Below are positions 1 through 7,731 of a stretch of DNA of 24,000 bases, one piece after another. The DNA comes from Promethearchaeota archaeon (GTDB taxonomy: Archaea > Asgardarchaeota > Lokiarchaeia > Sigyniarchaeales > Promethearchaeaceae), in contig JABCSI010000008.1 in assembly GCA_018238965.1 (NCBI GenBank), positions 9,380 to 33,379 on the forward strand, read 5' to 3'. Numbering within the stretch: the stretch's first letter is position 1; the number at the start of each line of letters is the position of its first letter. The position numbers and the translations under genes were made by a program. The notes beneath the pieces are model-generated. The model ran no database searches and was not told the origin of the DNA. It was given only the letters and a program-made list of their open reading frames with translations.

Positions 1-2237
1 CTTGCAGAACTGCTCATCCCAATTACTGCCAAAATTTCCGAAAATTGGCGCTCCTCGTTGGATTCTAATCTTAGTGGTTCAATTTCACCCTTCAATAGGC
101 GCATGGCAAGTTGTTCTTCGGTTTCCATGAAAGTTGAGGTAAAGGATTTTCCCGGAGATATCAACATATATACTTTTCCGAGATCATGTTTCTTCAATCT
201 GCCTGCTCGACCGCTCATTTGCTCAAAATCTGCCACAGTTAGGGGTTGGATTCCCATCGTAAGATTATAAAAGATCACTAAACTCGCTGCAAAATCAACA
301 CCTGCTGCAAGAGCCGCTGTAGTTACTACGCAAGCTGCCTTTTGCATTTCAAAGCTCTTCTCTATGAATTTCCTTTGACTATGATCCAAACCACCGTGAT
401 AGGCATAGGCTGTGATACGGTTTTCCTGCATTTGTTCTGCTAATTTTTCGGTGTTTTTTCTTGAATTGGTGAAAATAATGGTCTGACCGCGATATCCAAA
501 TGTTGATTTCTCTTTAAACTCCATTTGGACTAATCGGCGCATGTGCTTGAACTTCATTGCTTCATCTAGGCACATTACCATGTGTCTTTCAATGGGAACG
601 GGGCGATCCTTATAATGAATTAAAGCCGAATGGAGATGTTTTGCCAATTCTTCTGGATCTGAGATAGTGGCACTGAGATAGAGCATTTGGGCTTTTGGGA
701 TATGGAGACGAAGTCGTGCAATAAGACCATCGAGTATAAATCCCCGCTCGGGATCCGACAGCATTTGGATTTCATCCACCACCACCGTGCGAAAATCATT
801 TAATAAATGCGGGTGGCCGCTGCGTAATAGGATATCGATTGCCTCATATGTAGCAATTATGACATCTGCCTTTGATAAGGAACCGAAATTTTCTTTGCTC
901 CCACCTTTTCTCGAGATGTGGGAAACACCGATTTTCAGGGCCGATTTTACCCCATATTTTTCCAATTCCTTATATTCTCGGTGTCTCATATTCGCCAATG
1001 CCACAATCGGTACCAAATAGAGCATTTTTGCGGTGGTCTTCGTATTTTTCAGAGTTTTCAAATATTGATTTTGTTTGGATGTAAGATTGCCTTTGATTTT
1101 TGTGTAATTGAGTTCATCCGAGTCTGATTCAAATGGATTAGATAAATTTTTAGTTCTTTTCAAGAATTTCATCTTATTTTTCAAAATTTTTCCGATACCG
1201 GCCATTTCCCCAATCATGGTTTTTCCAGACGAGGTTGAAGATACAATTAATTCATCCTGATTCATGAGTAAACCGTGTTCAAGGGCCATGATTTGGGCGG
1301 GAAGTAATTCAACTCGTTTCTTATCTTCGTAATAGATATTTAAAGGGGCCGGAAGTTCATAATCGTAGATGGTGTGTGGTTTTACACCTTTGGTTTTAAT
1401 CCTTTTGTCCCTTACATTTACCAAAGTTGCTTCGCGATGCTTGATAATATCAAAATTTGGACCGAATATATTCAATACCTTCACAACATCGTTATATCGC
1501 TTCAACATCTGGCGAAGATATGTTTTAAATGCCGAAGTTATATCCACTCGTTGTTTTAAAGTGCGGACAATTTCATTTCCGGCGCATTTTCGGCAAACAT
1601 AAAATGCTTGGTTTTTATAGCGCGTTTCTTCATCAATTAGGGAATATTGTTTATCCTGTTTGCATGAATGGCAAAAGAGATATCCTCGAATGTTAGCATA
1701 CTGGAGAACTTCCAAGTAGTCATAGACGGGTTGAAGTTTCCCTAAATAATCATCCATCTGGGTTTTTTGAATTGCATGGGTTTCGGTTTCAATCACTTGA
1801 TATTCTTGTAACTCATGACCCTGGGGGCGATTTAAATGATTTCCCACAATCACGAATTCGGCATTCAGGATAAATAGCCGAACTTCTGTAGGATCCATTA
1901 TTCTAAGTTCATTCTCGGGATTATGTGCTTTTAGATTTCGTTTCCAAAATTTGAAGGGAATAGAGGTGCTTTTTTCGGGTTCGATGTCAAAAAGGATCAA
2001 ACCCGTAAAGAATGGGCGCTCAATGTATCTCAGTTCATGATAAAAAGGATCATTTTTAATAATTTCGAAACAAACGATGTCAAAATACTTTTTACGTGGG
2101 TGCTTGTCATCTTTATCGATGATAACGAAGTAATTCTTGTTTTGCAAAACACCCGAAATGCTAGGAGCCATGAACCAAGTTAGATAACGAGGGATGTTTT
2201 TTTTTCTTTTGCAAATATGTAATTCCAAATATTCCAT
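1..2237 (-). CDS. Ski2/Hel308-like superfamily-2 helicase, partial (C-terminus runs off the left window edge), with a ~330-aa N-terminal extension containing a C4 zinc finger
   Basis: Absent from the ORF track because its stop lies outside the window. Hand translation from the ATG at 2237 is uninterrupted down to nt 3 (MEYLELHICKRKKNIPRYLTWFMAPSISGVLQ...). Walker A SSTSSGKT at nt 1218-1241, motif II VVDEIQ, motif III SAT, motif VI QMSGRAGR (typical of Ski2/Hel308-like helicases). CHSC-x22-CRKC zinc finger at nt 1584-1673. All track ORFs in 58-1602 are short and antisense to it. Confidence 0.8.
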   Translation of the reverse strand, partial: MEYLELHICKRKKNIPRYLTWFMAPSISGVLQNKNYFVIIDKDDKHPRKKYFDIVCFEIIKNDPFYHELRYIERPFFTGLILFDIEPEKSTSIPFKFWKRNLKAHNPENELRIMDPTEVRLFILNAEFVIVGNHLNRPQGHELQEYQVIETETHAIQKTQMDDYLGKLQPVYDYLEVLQYANIRGYLFCHSCKQDKQYSLIDEETRYKNQAFYVCRKCAGNEIVRTLKQRVDITSAFKTYLRQMLKRYNDVVKVLNIFGPNFDIIKHREATLVNVRDKRIKTKGVKPHTIYDYELPAPLNIYYEDKKRVELLPAQIMALEHGLLMNQDELIVSSTSSGKTMIGEMAGIGKILKNKMKFLKRTKNLSNPFESDSDELNYTKIKGNLTSKQNQYLKTLKNTKTTAKMLYLVPIVALANMRHREYKELEKYGVKSALKIGVSHISRKGGSKENFGSLSKADVIIATYEAIDILLRSGHPHLLNDFRTVVVDEIQMLSDPERGFILDGLIARLRLHIPKAQMLYLSATISDPEELAKHLHSALIHYKDRPVPIERHMVMCLDEAMKFKHMRRLVQMEFKEKSTFGYRGQTIIFTNSRKNTEKLAEQMQENRITAYAYHGGLDHSQRKFIEKSFEMQKAACVVTTAALAAGVDFAASLVIFYNLTMGIQPLTVADFEQMSGRAGRLKKHDLGKVYMLISPGKSFTSTFMETEEQLAMRLLKGEIEPLRLESNEERQFSEILAVIGMSSSA

Positions 2238-2264
2238 ATTTAATTAAAAGATGAGAAAAAATAA

Positions 2265-2423
2265 TTAAAAGCCAAAAGCACTCTTAATGTCGGTATATAT
2301 TCGAGAAAGTTCTTGTAATTTTGCGGGATCGTTCATTACCGAAGCAATCCAACCGGCCAAACCTTGATCTCCATCCTTAACCCAATTTAAAAACATTTCT
2401 ACTGTTTCACGATTTTCTGACAT
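2265..2423 (-). CDS. Small hypothetical protein (52 aa), immediately upstream of and probably co-transcribed with the helicase
   Basis: Below the track size cutoff; hand translated as MSENRETVEMFLNWVKDGDQGLAGWIASVMNDPAKLQELSRIYTDIKSAFGF*. Its stop lies 27 nt before the helicase ATG. TATA-like TTATATAA elements at 2441-2457 sit 18-34 nt upstream of its ATG, as expected for a leaderless archaeal transcript. Confidence 0.35.
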   Translation of the reverse strand: MSENRETVEMFLNWVKDGDQGLAGWIASVMNDPAKLQELSRIYTDIKSAFGF

Positions 2424-2440
2424 AATTTTCACGGGAATAG

Positions 2441-2457
2441 TTATATAATTTATATAA
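2441..2457. promoter_or_regulatory. Back-to-back TATA-box-like elements (TTATATAATTTATATAA) in a divergent intergenic region
   Basis: Two TATATAA cores in the 134-bp gap between the divergent starts at 2423 (-) and 2558 (+). Spacing fits the minus-strand small ORF/helicase unit. Confidence 0.4.
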
Positions 2458-2526
2458 CCTCAATTCAAGATAAAAACTTTTGTTCCCTCGACAGCATTAT
2501 ATACTGATTAAGAGAAAGATAATAGG

Positions 2527-2538
2527 TTATATAAAAAA
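2527..2538 (+). promoter_or_regulatory. TATA-box-like element for the zinc-knuckle protein gene
   Basis: TTATATAAAAAA is centred about 27 nt upstream of the ATG at 2558. This is typical archaeal promoter geometry for a leaderless or short-leader mRNA. Confidence 0.45.
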
Positions 2539-2557
2539 CAAAAATCAATGGTAATAC

Positions 2558-3628
2558 ATGGGAGATATAAAAATAAAATCACCTAATTCTGATGTAATAT
2601 TCAATAAATGGAAGCAAAAAAACGTTAAAACCCAAAAACTCGAAAAGCATTACAAAATTAAAGGTTCTACGTTTGATTTAGATAGTATCACCGCTGCCGA
2701 ATATGTAAAAGGCGTTCAAAAAGCCGCAATTATTTTCTTAACGAAAACAAATGAAACGCGCCCTGATAAGGAAAAGCCAAAAAAAGCCCAAATTAGCGTT
2801 CGAAAGGTCTCCAAGGAAAAATTCTACGAATTTAAGTCTTTCCCCCAGAAAAATGAGTGGAAGGATGATACAATGGTGCCATTCTTCAATACTTTAGCAT
2901 CCCATACCTGTGAAAATTGCAAAGGTAAAGGTGCAGTAATTTGTAAAAAATGTGGGGGACATCACACAGTCGAATGTCCAGATTGCTCCGGCAAGGGAAA
3001 AAAGTGTAAGGAATGTGATGGATCGGGGAAATATACACTCAAAATTTCTGTATATAATGAAAAGGGGGATAAGGTAAAAAAGGACCTATCCGTCAAATGT
3101 AACAATTGTCATGGTTCGGGAAATCTAACTTGTGCGAAATGTGGTGGCAGTGGGAAAATCCCATGTCAATATTGCAAAGCTCAAGGCACTTATACCTGTT
3201 CAGAATGTGATGGATATGGGGTAATTTACCAATATGAAATTAAACCTGTTCCTTTCAAGCATGAGCATCGCGCGGAACCTATGCTCTTTTCATCGATTAA
3301 ATTTTCAGGTTTAGAAAAGCAAATCGGGCAGGATATTCAAGCAACGATTGATGATGTTGAGGGCATTAAAATCACCAAACCTGATAAGCAATTGGATAAG
3401 AAATTTGTAGAACCTTCCTTGGGTTATATTGATAAAGATATTCAAAAAATGATTAAGAGCTGTAGAAAGGAATGGAAAAATGCCGAATCTAACTCGAGCA
3501 TTAAGATCCTTCTCCCCTTTTATTTATTCCCCGTTTTTGTTCTGAATTGTGAAACCAAAAAGGGTAAAAAATTCCAAGTTTATGGCATCGGAAGCGAGAA
3601 TAAATATCATATTTATGGAGAGATTTAG
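2558..3628 (+). CDS. Cysteine-rich protein with eight DnaJ-type CxxCxGxG zinc knuckles (two DnaJ-CR-like modules), no J domain; function unknown
   Basis: 356-aa ORF. nt 2909-3220 encode CENCKGKG, CKKCGGHH, CPDCSGKG, CKECDGSG, then CNNCHGSG, CAKCGGSG, CQYCKAQG, CSECDGYG. I do not recognise the flanking N-terminal (~117 aa) and C-terminal (~135 aa) regions. Confidence 0.75.
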   Translation: MGDIKIKSPNSDVIFNKWKQKNVKTQKLEKHYKIKGSTFDLDSITAAEYVKGVQKAAIIFLTKTNETRPDKEKPKKAQISVRKVSKEKFYEFKSFPQKNEWKDDTMVPFFNTLASHTCENCKGKGAVICKKCGGHHTVECPDCSGKGKKCKECDGSGKYTLKISVYNEKGDKVKKDLSVKCNNCHGSGNLTCAKCGGSGKIPCQYCKAQGTYTCSECDGYGVIYQYEIKPVPFKHEHRAEPMLFSSIKFSGLEKQIGQDIQATIDDVEGIKITKPDKQLDKKFVEPSLGYIDKDIQKMIKSCRKEWKNAESNSSIKILLPFYLFPVFVLNCETKKGKKFQVYGIGSENKYHIYGEI

Positions 3629-3631
3629 GCG

Positions 3632-3650
3632 TTTTTTTTCAATTTTTTTT
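3632..3650 (+). terminator. Oligo-T archaeal terminator after the zinc-knuckle gene
   Basis: Two T8 runs (3632-3639 and 3643-3650) begin 4 nt after the TAG stop at 3626-3628. Confidence 0.55.
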
Positions 3651-3676
3651 GCTTTGCCAATTTACGGTGAAAATTT

Positions 3677-5449
3677 ATGTCTCTAGCGCCCGGATCTACC
3701 TTCCAAAGTTCAAATAGCGTAAGACGCTGGCTTGTTCTCTGTGGTTTAGCTATCGTTATGGGTATCATCGGAGGCTTATTTGCCGTTTTACTGCGATTCT
3801 TAATTGAAAAGATAACTTGGTTCTTTTTAGAATTTCTATTGCCTTTTATCACAATTAACGTTGGTGGATATAATTTGGGATATATTATCCTTCCCGCTAC
3901 CGGTGGATTAATCGTGGGAATCATTATTAATAATTTTGCCCAAGAAACCAAAGGATCTGGTATCCCCCTTCTTCTTGAATCAATTACATTTCGGAGAGCC
4001 CGTCTATCCGCTAAAGTGGGACTATATAAAACCATAGTAACTGCTATCACAATCGGATCCGGAGGTAATGCTGGAAGAGAGGGTCCAATTGCTTTGATAG
4101 GCGCCTCTTTTGGTTCTTATTTTGGAAAAAAGCTAAAACTTAACCCGGAAGACAAGCGATTGCTGATGGCTTGTGGTTTAGCGGCAGGAATTTCCGGTAC
4201 TTTTAATTCGCCCCTTGGCGGGGCTTTTTTTGGGCTTGAAATATTGTATCAAGGTATTACGTTGTTTGCCAGTATACCTGTTTTTCTCGCTGCAGTTATC
4301 GGTGTATTGATTGCCGGTAATATTTATGGATTCGAAGCCATTTTTTCCATTGATGTCGATATTTCCACCATCCATCCGATTGAATATACCTTTTTTATAG
4401 TTGTGGGGATAGTTTGTGGATTAATTGCCTATTATCGCTTCATTATTTATCGGGCCATGGAAAAGGGATTTAGAAATCTAAATATTCCTGGATACTTGAA
4501 ACCCGCTTTAGGAGGGTTATTGGTGGGAATTGCAATTATGTTTTATCCAACATACGGGCTGTTTGGAAGCGGATTTGAAGGAATTCAACTTGCCTTGGAT
4601 GCCCAGTTTAGTCTTTGGCTGTTATTGATATTGGGGATATTAAAAATCTTTACAACAGGTTCCACAATCGCGTCTGGTGGTTCAGGGGGTGTTTTCGCCC
4701 CTCTTTTATTTATCGGTTGTATGTTTGGTGGGGCTGTGGGATTATTATTGGAGCTGATTGCACCGAATATTGTTTCCAATCCTATTCTCTATTGTATCCT
4801 TGGTGCTGCTGCTGTATTTTCCGCTTCCGCCCAAGCACCGTTAAATATTTGTTTGATCTTAGCTGAAATGACCCAGCATTTTGATGTTTTCCCCCCACTT
4901 CTGATAACCTCCATAACGAGTTTCCTTGTTGGCCGCATCTTTTTCAAGGGTTCTTCTATATATACCCTCATCTTAGGGGAAAAGGGTCATGGGCTAAAAA
5001 CAGATACTATCTATCTGCTCGGAAAATCTCAAGTGCATGAATTCATGTCTGCCAATCTAATAACTGTGTCGCCCGACCTCCCAATTCTCGAATTTGCCCA
5101 AGTAAGTTCCCAGAACCATGATTTGAATCAGTTTCCGGTGATGAATTTTGGAAAATTGGAAGGTGTGGTTTATTTGGATTCCCTATATAGCGTGTCCTAT
5201 GAAACGTGGGATAAAATTTCGGTGAGGGAACTCATGGAGACAGAGAATATTTATATCTCGACGAATGCAACTCTGCAAGAAGCGATGGATATGATGACTA
5301 AATATGATCGTCCTGCATTGTTGGTAACTGAAATTGTCCAGATCTCCGATACGGAAGAAGAACGGATATTGAAGGGGTTACTTACGATGAATGATGTAAT
5401 CCGGGCTTGGAAAGAGAGTCACAGCGGAAAACCAAGACCCACACCTTAA
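3677..5449 (+). CDS. ClC-family chloride channel / Cl-:H+ exchanger with two C-terminal CBS domains
   Basis: 590 aa, multi-pass hydrophobic. Selectivity-filter motifs GSGIP, GREGP (gating Glu) and GGVFAP are present. FGLEIL retains a Glu at the position of the internal proton-transfer Glu. The C-terminal ~135 aa has two CBS-like repeats (VHEFMSANLITVSPD..., VRELMETENIYISTNATLQEAMDMM...). Confidence 0.9.
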   Translation: MSLAPGSTFQSSNSVRRWLVLCGLAIVMGIIGGLFAVLLRFLIEKITWFFLEFLLPFITINVGGYNLGYIILPATGGLIVGIIINNFAQETKGSGIPLLLESITFRRARLSAKVGLYKTIVTAITIGSGGNAGREGPIALIGASFGSYFGKKLKLNPEDKRLLMACGLAAGISGTFNSPLGGAFFGLEILYQGITLFASIPVFLAAVIGVLIAGNIYGFEAIFSIDVDISTIHPIEYTFFIVVGIVCGLIAYYRFIIYRAMEKGFRNLNIPGYLKPALGGLLVGIAIMFYPTYGLFGSGFEGIQLALDAQFSLWLLLILGILKIFTTGSTIASGGSGGVFAPLLFIGCMFGGAVGLLLELIAPNIVSNPILYCILGAAAVFSASAQAPLNICLILAEMTQHFDVFPPLLITSITSFLVGRIFFKGSSIYTLILGEKGHGLKTDTIYLLGKSQVHEFMSANLITVSPDLPILEFAQVSSQNHDLNQFPVMNFGKLEGVVYLDSLYSVSYETWDKISVRELMETENIYISTNATLQEAMDMMTKYDRPALLVTEIVQISDTEEERILKGLLTMNDVIRAWKESHSGKPRPTP

Positions 5450-5462
5450 TTTAACATTTGTT

Positions 5463-6344
5463 TTAGTTATTTGTGAGATTAAGGTGACCGCAATAACTCA
5501 AATACGTGTTTTCCATGAGCATTGCTATAGTCATGGGTCCTAATCCTCCGGGAACCGGCGTAATCGCCTTACTTTTGTCTTTTACGGCATCAAAATCCAC
5601 ATCACCTACCAGTTTTCCTTCGGCTGTGCGGTTTATTCCTGCATCAAGAATTACAACACCCTCTTTTACGCGCTCTGGGGTAATGAAATTCTGTCTGCCC
5701 ACTCCAACTGCAATGATATCGGCACGGTTTAGGTGAAAATCAAGATCTCGGGTGTGACTATGACAGACGGTCACCGTAGCGCTTCGATTCATGAACATCA
5801 TGGTCAAGGGTTTTCCAATCACATTAGTTCGGTTAACAATTACAACTTCTTGTCCATCAATTGGAATATCGTATTCTTCCAAAAGGCGGATCATTCCCTT
5901 GGGGGTGCAGGATCCAAAAGTTTCATTCCCAACGGTGTTTTCTCCAATGGAATTGGGGTGAAATCCATCTACATCCTTCGTCGGATGCACTAAACGCATG
6001 ATTTCAGGTTCGTATTTTCGGAGATCTGCTGGAAATGGCATCTGTACCAATATTCCATCAACAGAAGGATCATCATTAAGAAGTTTTATTAAATCCCGTA
6101 GATCGTCAATATTTGTATTCTCGTCGAGTTGATGATGAATGGACTTTATACCAATATTTTCACATGTTTTCCTTTTCATACTAACATAAACTTGCGAAGC
6201 TTCGTCATTTCCGATTAAAATAGTTGCCAAACCCGGTGGACGTGACTGTTTTTCTAAAACTAATCTAATTTTTTGCTTTAAAGCCAAATTAACTTTGTTT
6301 GCGAGGGCTTTTCCATCAAGAAGTATTGGGATATGCGATACCAT
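5463..6344 (-). CDS. folD: Bifunctional methylenetetrahydrofolate dehydrogenase / methenyltetrahydrofolate cyclohydrolase
   Basis: 293 aa. ILLDGKALANKV..., GLATILIGNDEASQVYVSMKRKTCENIGI and ITPVPGGLGPMTIAMLMENT match the conserved FolD blocks along the full length. Confidence 0.93.
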   Translation of the reverse strand: MVSHIPILLDGKALANKVNLALKQKIRLVLEKQSRPPGLATILIGNDEASQVYVSMKRKTCENIGIKSIHHQLDENTNIDDLRDLIKLLNDDPSVDGILVQMPFPADLRKYEPEIMRLVHPTKDVDGFHPNSIGENTVGNETFGSCTPKGMIRLLEEYDIPIDGQEVVIVNRTNVIGKPLTMMFMNRSATVTVCHSHTRDLDFHLNRADIIAVGVGRQNFITPERVKEGVVILDAGINRTAEGKLVGDVDFDAVKDKSKAITPVPGGLGPMTIAMLMENTYLSYCGHLNLTNN

Positions 6345-6469
6345 TAATGCTCGAAACTATAGAATGGTCGAAAATATAATAAGGTTCGTAGAGTAAAGGA
6401 TAAAGTGCGTATATGGGAGAAGTAAGAAAAAAATAAAATAGGTGAAGAAGAAAAAATAAAATGCGTGAA

Positions 6470-7621
6470 TTAGATTCGATTTTTAAATTTCCAAATACCG
6501 AAAATTATTCCCGCGAACGCAAACACACACCCAATTACAATACCAGCGACAATCCATGGGCTTGTTTCCAACTGCCATAATTCTTCACTCATTAGCGCGG
6601 AGCGAGCATCTTCAAATGCATTTTCATCAAAAGAGAGAATTATTTTTGTAGCATAAAAGGAAAGCTTCGCTGAAGAAGATGCATCAGTTGATCCAGAGGA
6701 TGAATCACAAAATCCATAATCATAGGGATTTTGGCGGGCCAGAACCCAAGTTAATGTCTCAGGATGTAATTCAGTTTCGAGGAGTGTCAAGGTTTGGGTT
6801 GCATAATAGGTATATAATAATGAACTTTGAATAATCCCAGTTTTTATTCCATAACCGCCAAAATGATTCATATAGGTGGTTTCATTGAAATAGAAATTTC
6901 CGATATAATCAATTACTGCTTCTTTCTTACTTGTGTTCAACGAGTTCAACAAATCCAGTTCAAAAAGTGTTGCGATTGCGAAATAAGTATCAACCAAAGA
7001 TGGATTTCCCTCTGGAGATGAAGTAAAAGTTGAGCTTGTGTCATCCCAACAGCTGAAAACAAAATCTCCAATTGCTGAAGTATCTGTTTCATTGATGGTC
7101 TCAAATTCATTCAATAGCATAATTGCATAATAAGTTTCTATTATACTTGGAATATTTGTCTCTAAACTTCCAAATCCTGAATTAGTTTGATTTTGTAATG
7201 CTAATAATTCACGACTGGCGTCTTGTTCCATTTCTTCGGTGTAATTCACTCCTATAATCAACCCTGCAAAATACGCATAATAGACTTGTTGGATATCTCC
7301 TGCTCCTACATCGGAGAATTGAGTATATTTATCTCGTAAAAAACTCCGAACAATTCCTGCATCATCTAATTTTTCCAAATCAGGATCAATTTGAGCCAAG
7401 ATAAAGAGGTTGGCATAAGTTGTGAATTCTGAAAGAGTATTGTCATCATTCGAAACCCCTGAAGGTGAATCTAGGAAGGCTCCAGATGAGTGTTGGTTAC
7501 TTAGGCAAAATTCTTCCAATAATTCTTTTCGTGTCGTAGCAGCTGCATATTGGGCTGAAATGAGTAATGAAAAGGTCAGAATTACGGAAATCAAGATTAA
7601 TTTATTGCTATGTCGTTTCAT
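6470..7621 (-). CDS. Secreted, C-terminally membrane-anchored protein with prenyltransferase/terpene-cyclase-like (alpha/alpha-toroid) repeats
   Basis: Signal-peptide-like start MKRHSNKLILISVILTFSLLISAQYAA. Five to six repeats of an aromatic-Gly pattern followed by TYYA-type helices (SGAF...TTYANLFIL; SGFG...ETYYAIMLL; STFT...DTYFAIATL; GGYG...YTYYATQTL; YGFC...LSFYATKII). Many N-x-S/T sequons. C-terminal TM plus basic tail (WIVAGIVIGCVFAFAGIIFGIWKFKNRI). I prefer the start at 7621 (M13 of the track ORF) because a TATA-like TTTTTAT overlaps the upstream ATGs. Confidence 0.7.
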   Translation of the reverse strand: MKRHSNKLILISVILTFSLLISAQYAAATTRKELLEEFCLSNQHSSGAFLDSPSGVSNDDNTLSEFTTYANLFILAQIDPDLEKLDDAGIVRSFLRDKYTQFSDVGAGDIQQVYYAYFAGLIIGVNYTEEMEQDASRELLALQNQTNSGFGSLETNIPSIIETYYAIMLLNEFETINETDTSAIGDFVFSCWDDTSSTFTSSPEGNPSLVDTYFAIATLFELDLLNSLNTSKKEAVIDYIGNFYFNETTYMNHFGGYGIKTGIIQSSLLYTYYATQTLTLLETELHPETLTWVLARQNPYDYGFCDSSSGSTDASSSAKLSFYATKIILSFDENAFEDARSALMSEELWQLETSPWIVAGIVIGCVFAFAGIIFGIWKFKNRI

Positions 7622-7674
7622 TGTGCGGAAACCTAATACCATTCGATATTTGAGCATAAAAATTCTTGATTCAT

Positions 7675-7681
7675 TAAAAAA
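7675..7681 (-). terminator. T7 run (minus strand) downstream of the actin-family gene
   Basis: The A7 run on the plus strand is a T7 run on the coding strand, about 50 nt after the actin stop at 7732 and before the promoter of the next gene. Confidence 0.35.
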
Positions 7682-7731
7682 ACTGTGGTATTAATTATTG
7701 ATTATCGATCTTCCCTATATTTTTCGCTCAA

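Noticed and set aside
58-1602. Six plus-strand track ORFs of 61-77 aa (58-270, 787-1020, 872-1084, 918-1127, 1369-1602, 1374-1559)
   Set aside because: All lie antisense to, or out of frame within, the continuous 745-codon helicase frame on the minus strand. They are mutually overlapping, have low-complexity F/I/L/S-rich translations and carry no motifs.
3625-4971. ORFs antisense or out of frame within the ClC gene (3625-4050 -, 4178-4375 -, 4585-4779 -, 4615-4866 +, 4789-4971 -)
   Set aside because: The ClC frame carries unambiguous family motifs along its full length. These overlapping ORFs have no motifs and are the usual shadows of a Gly/Ala/Ile-rich membrane-protein gene.
5506-5993. Plus-strand ORFs 5506-5736 and 5733-5993
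   Set aside because: They lie antisense to the full-length FolD gene and have no recognisable features.
7622-7657. Longer start (MLKYRMVLGFRT...) for the toroid surface protein
   Set aside because: The extra 12 residues precede a textbook signal peptide beginning at M13. The upstream ATGs also overlap the TATA-like TTTTTAT element, so the 7621 start is preferred, though it is not proven.
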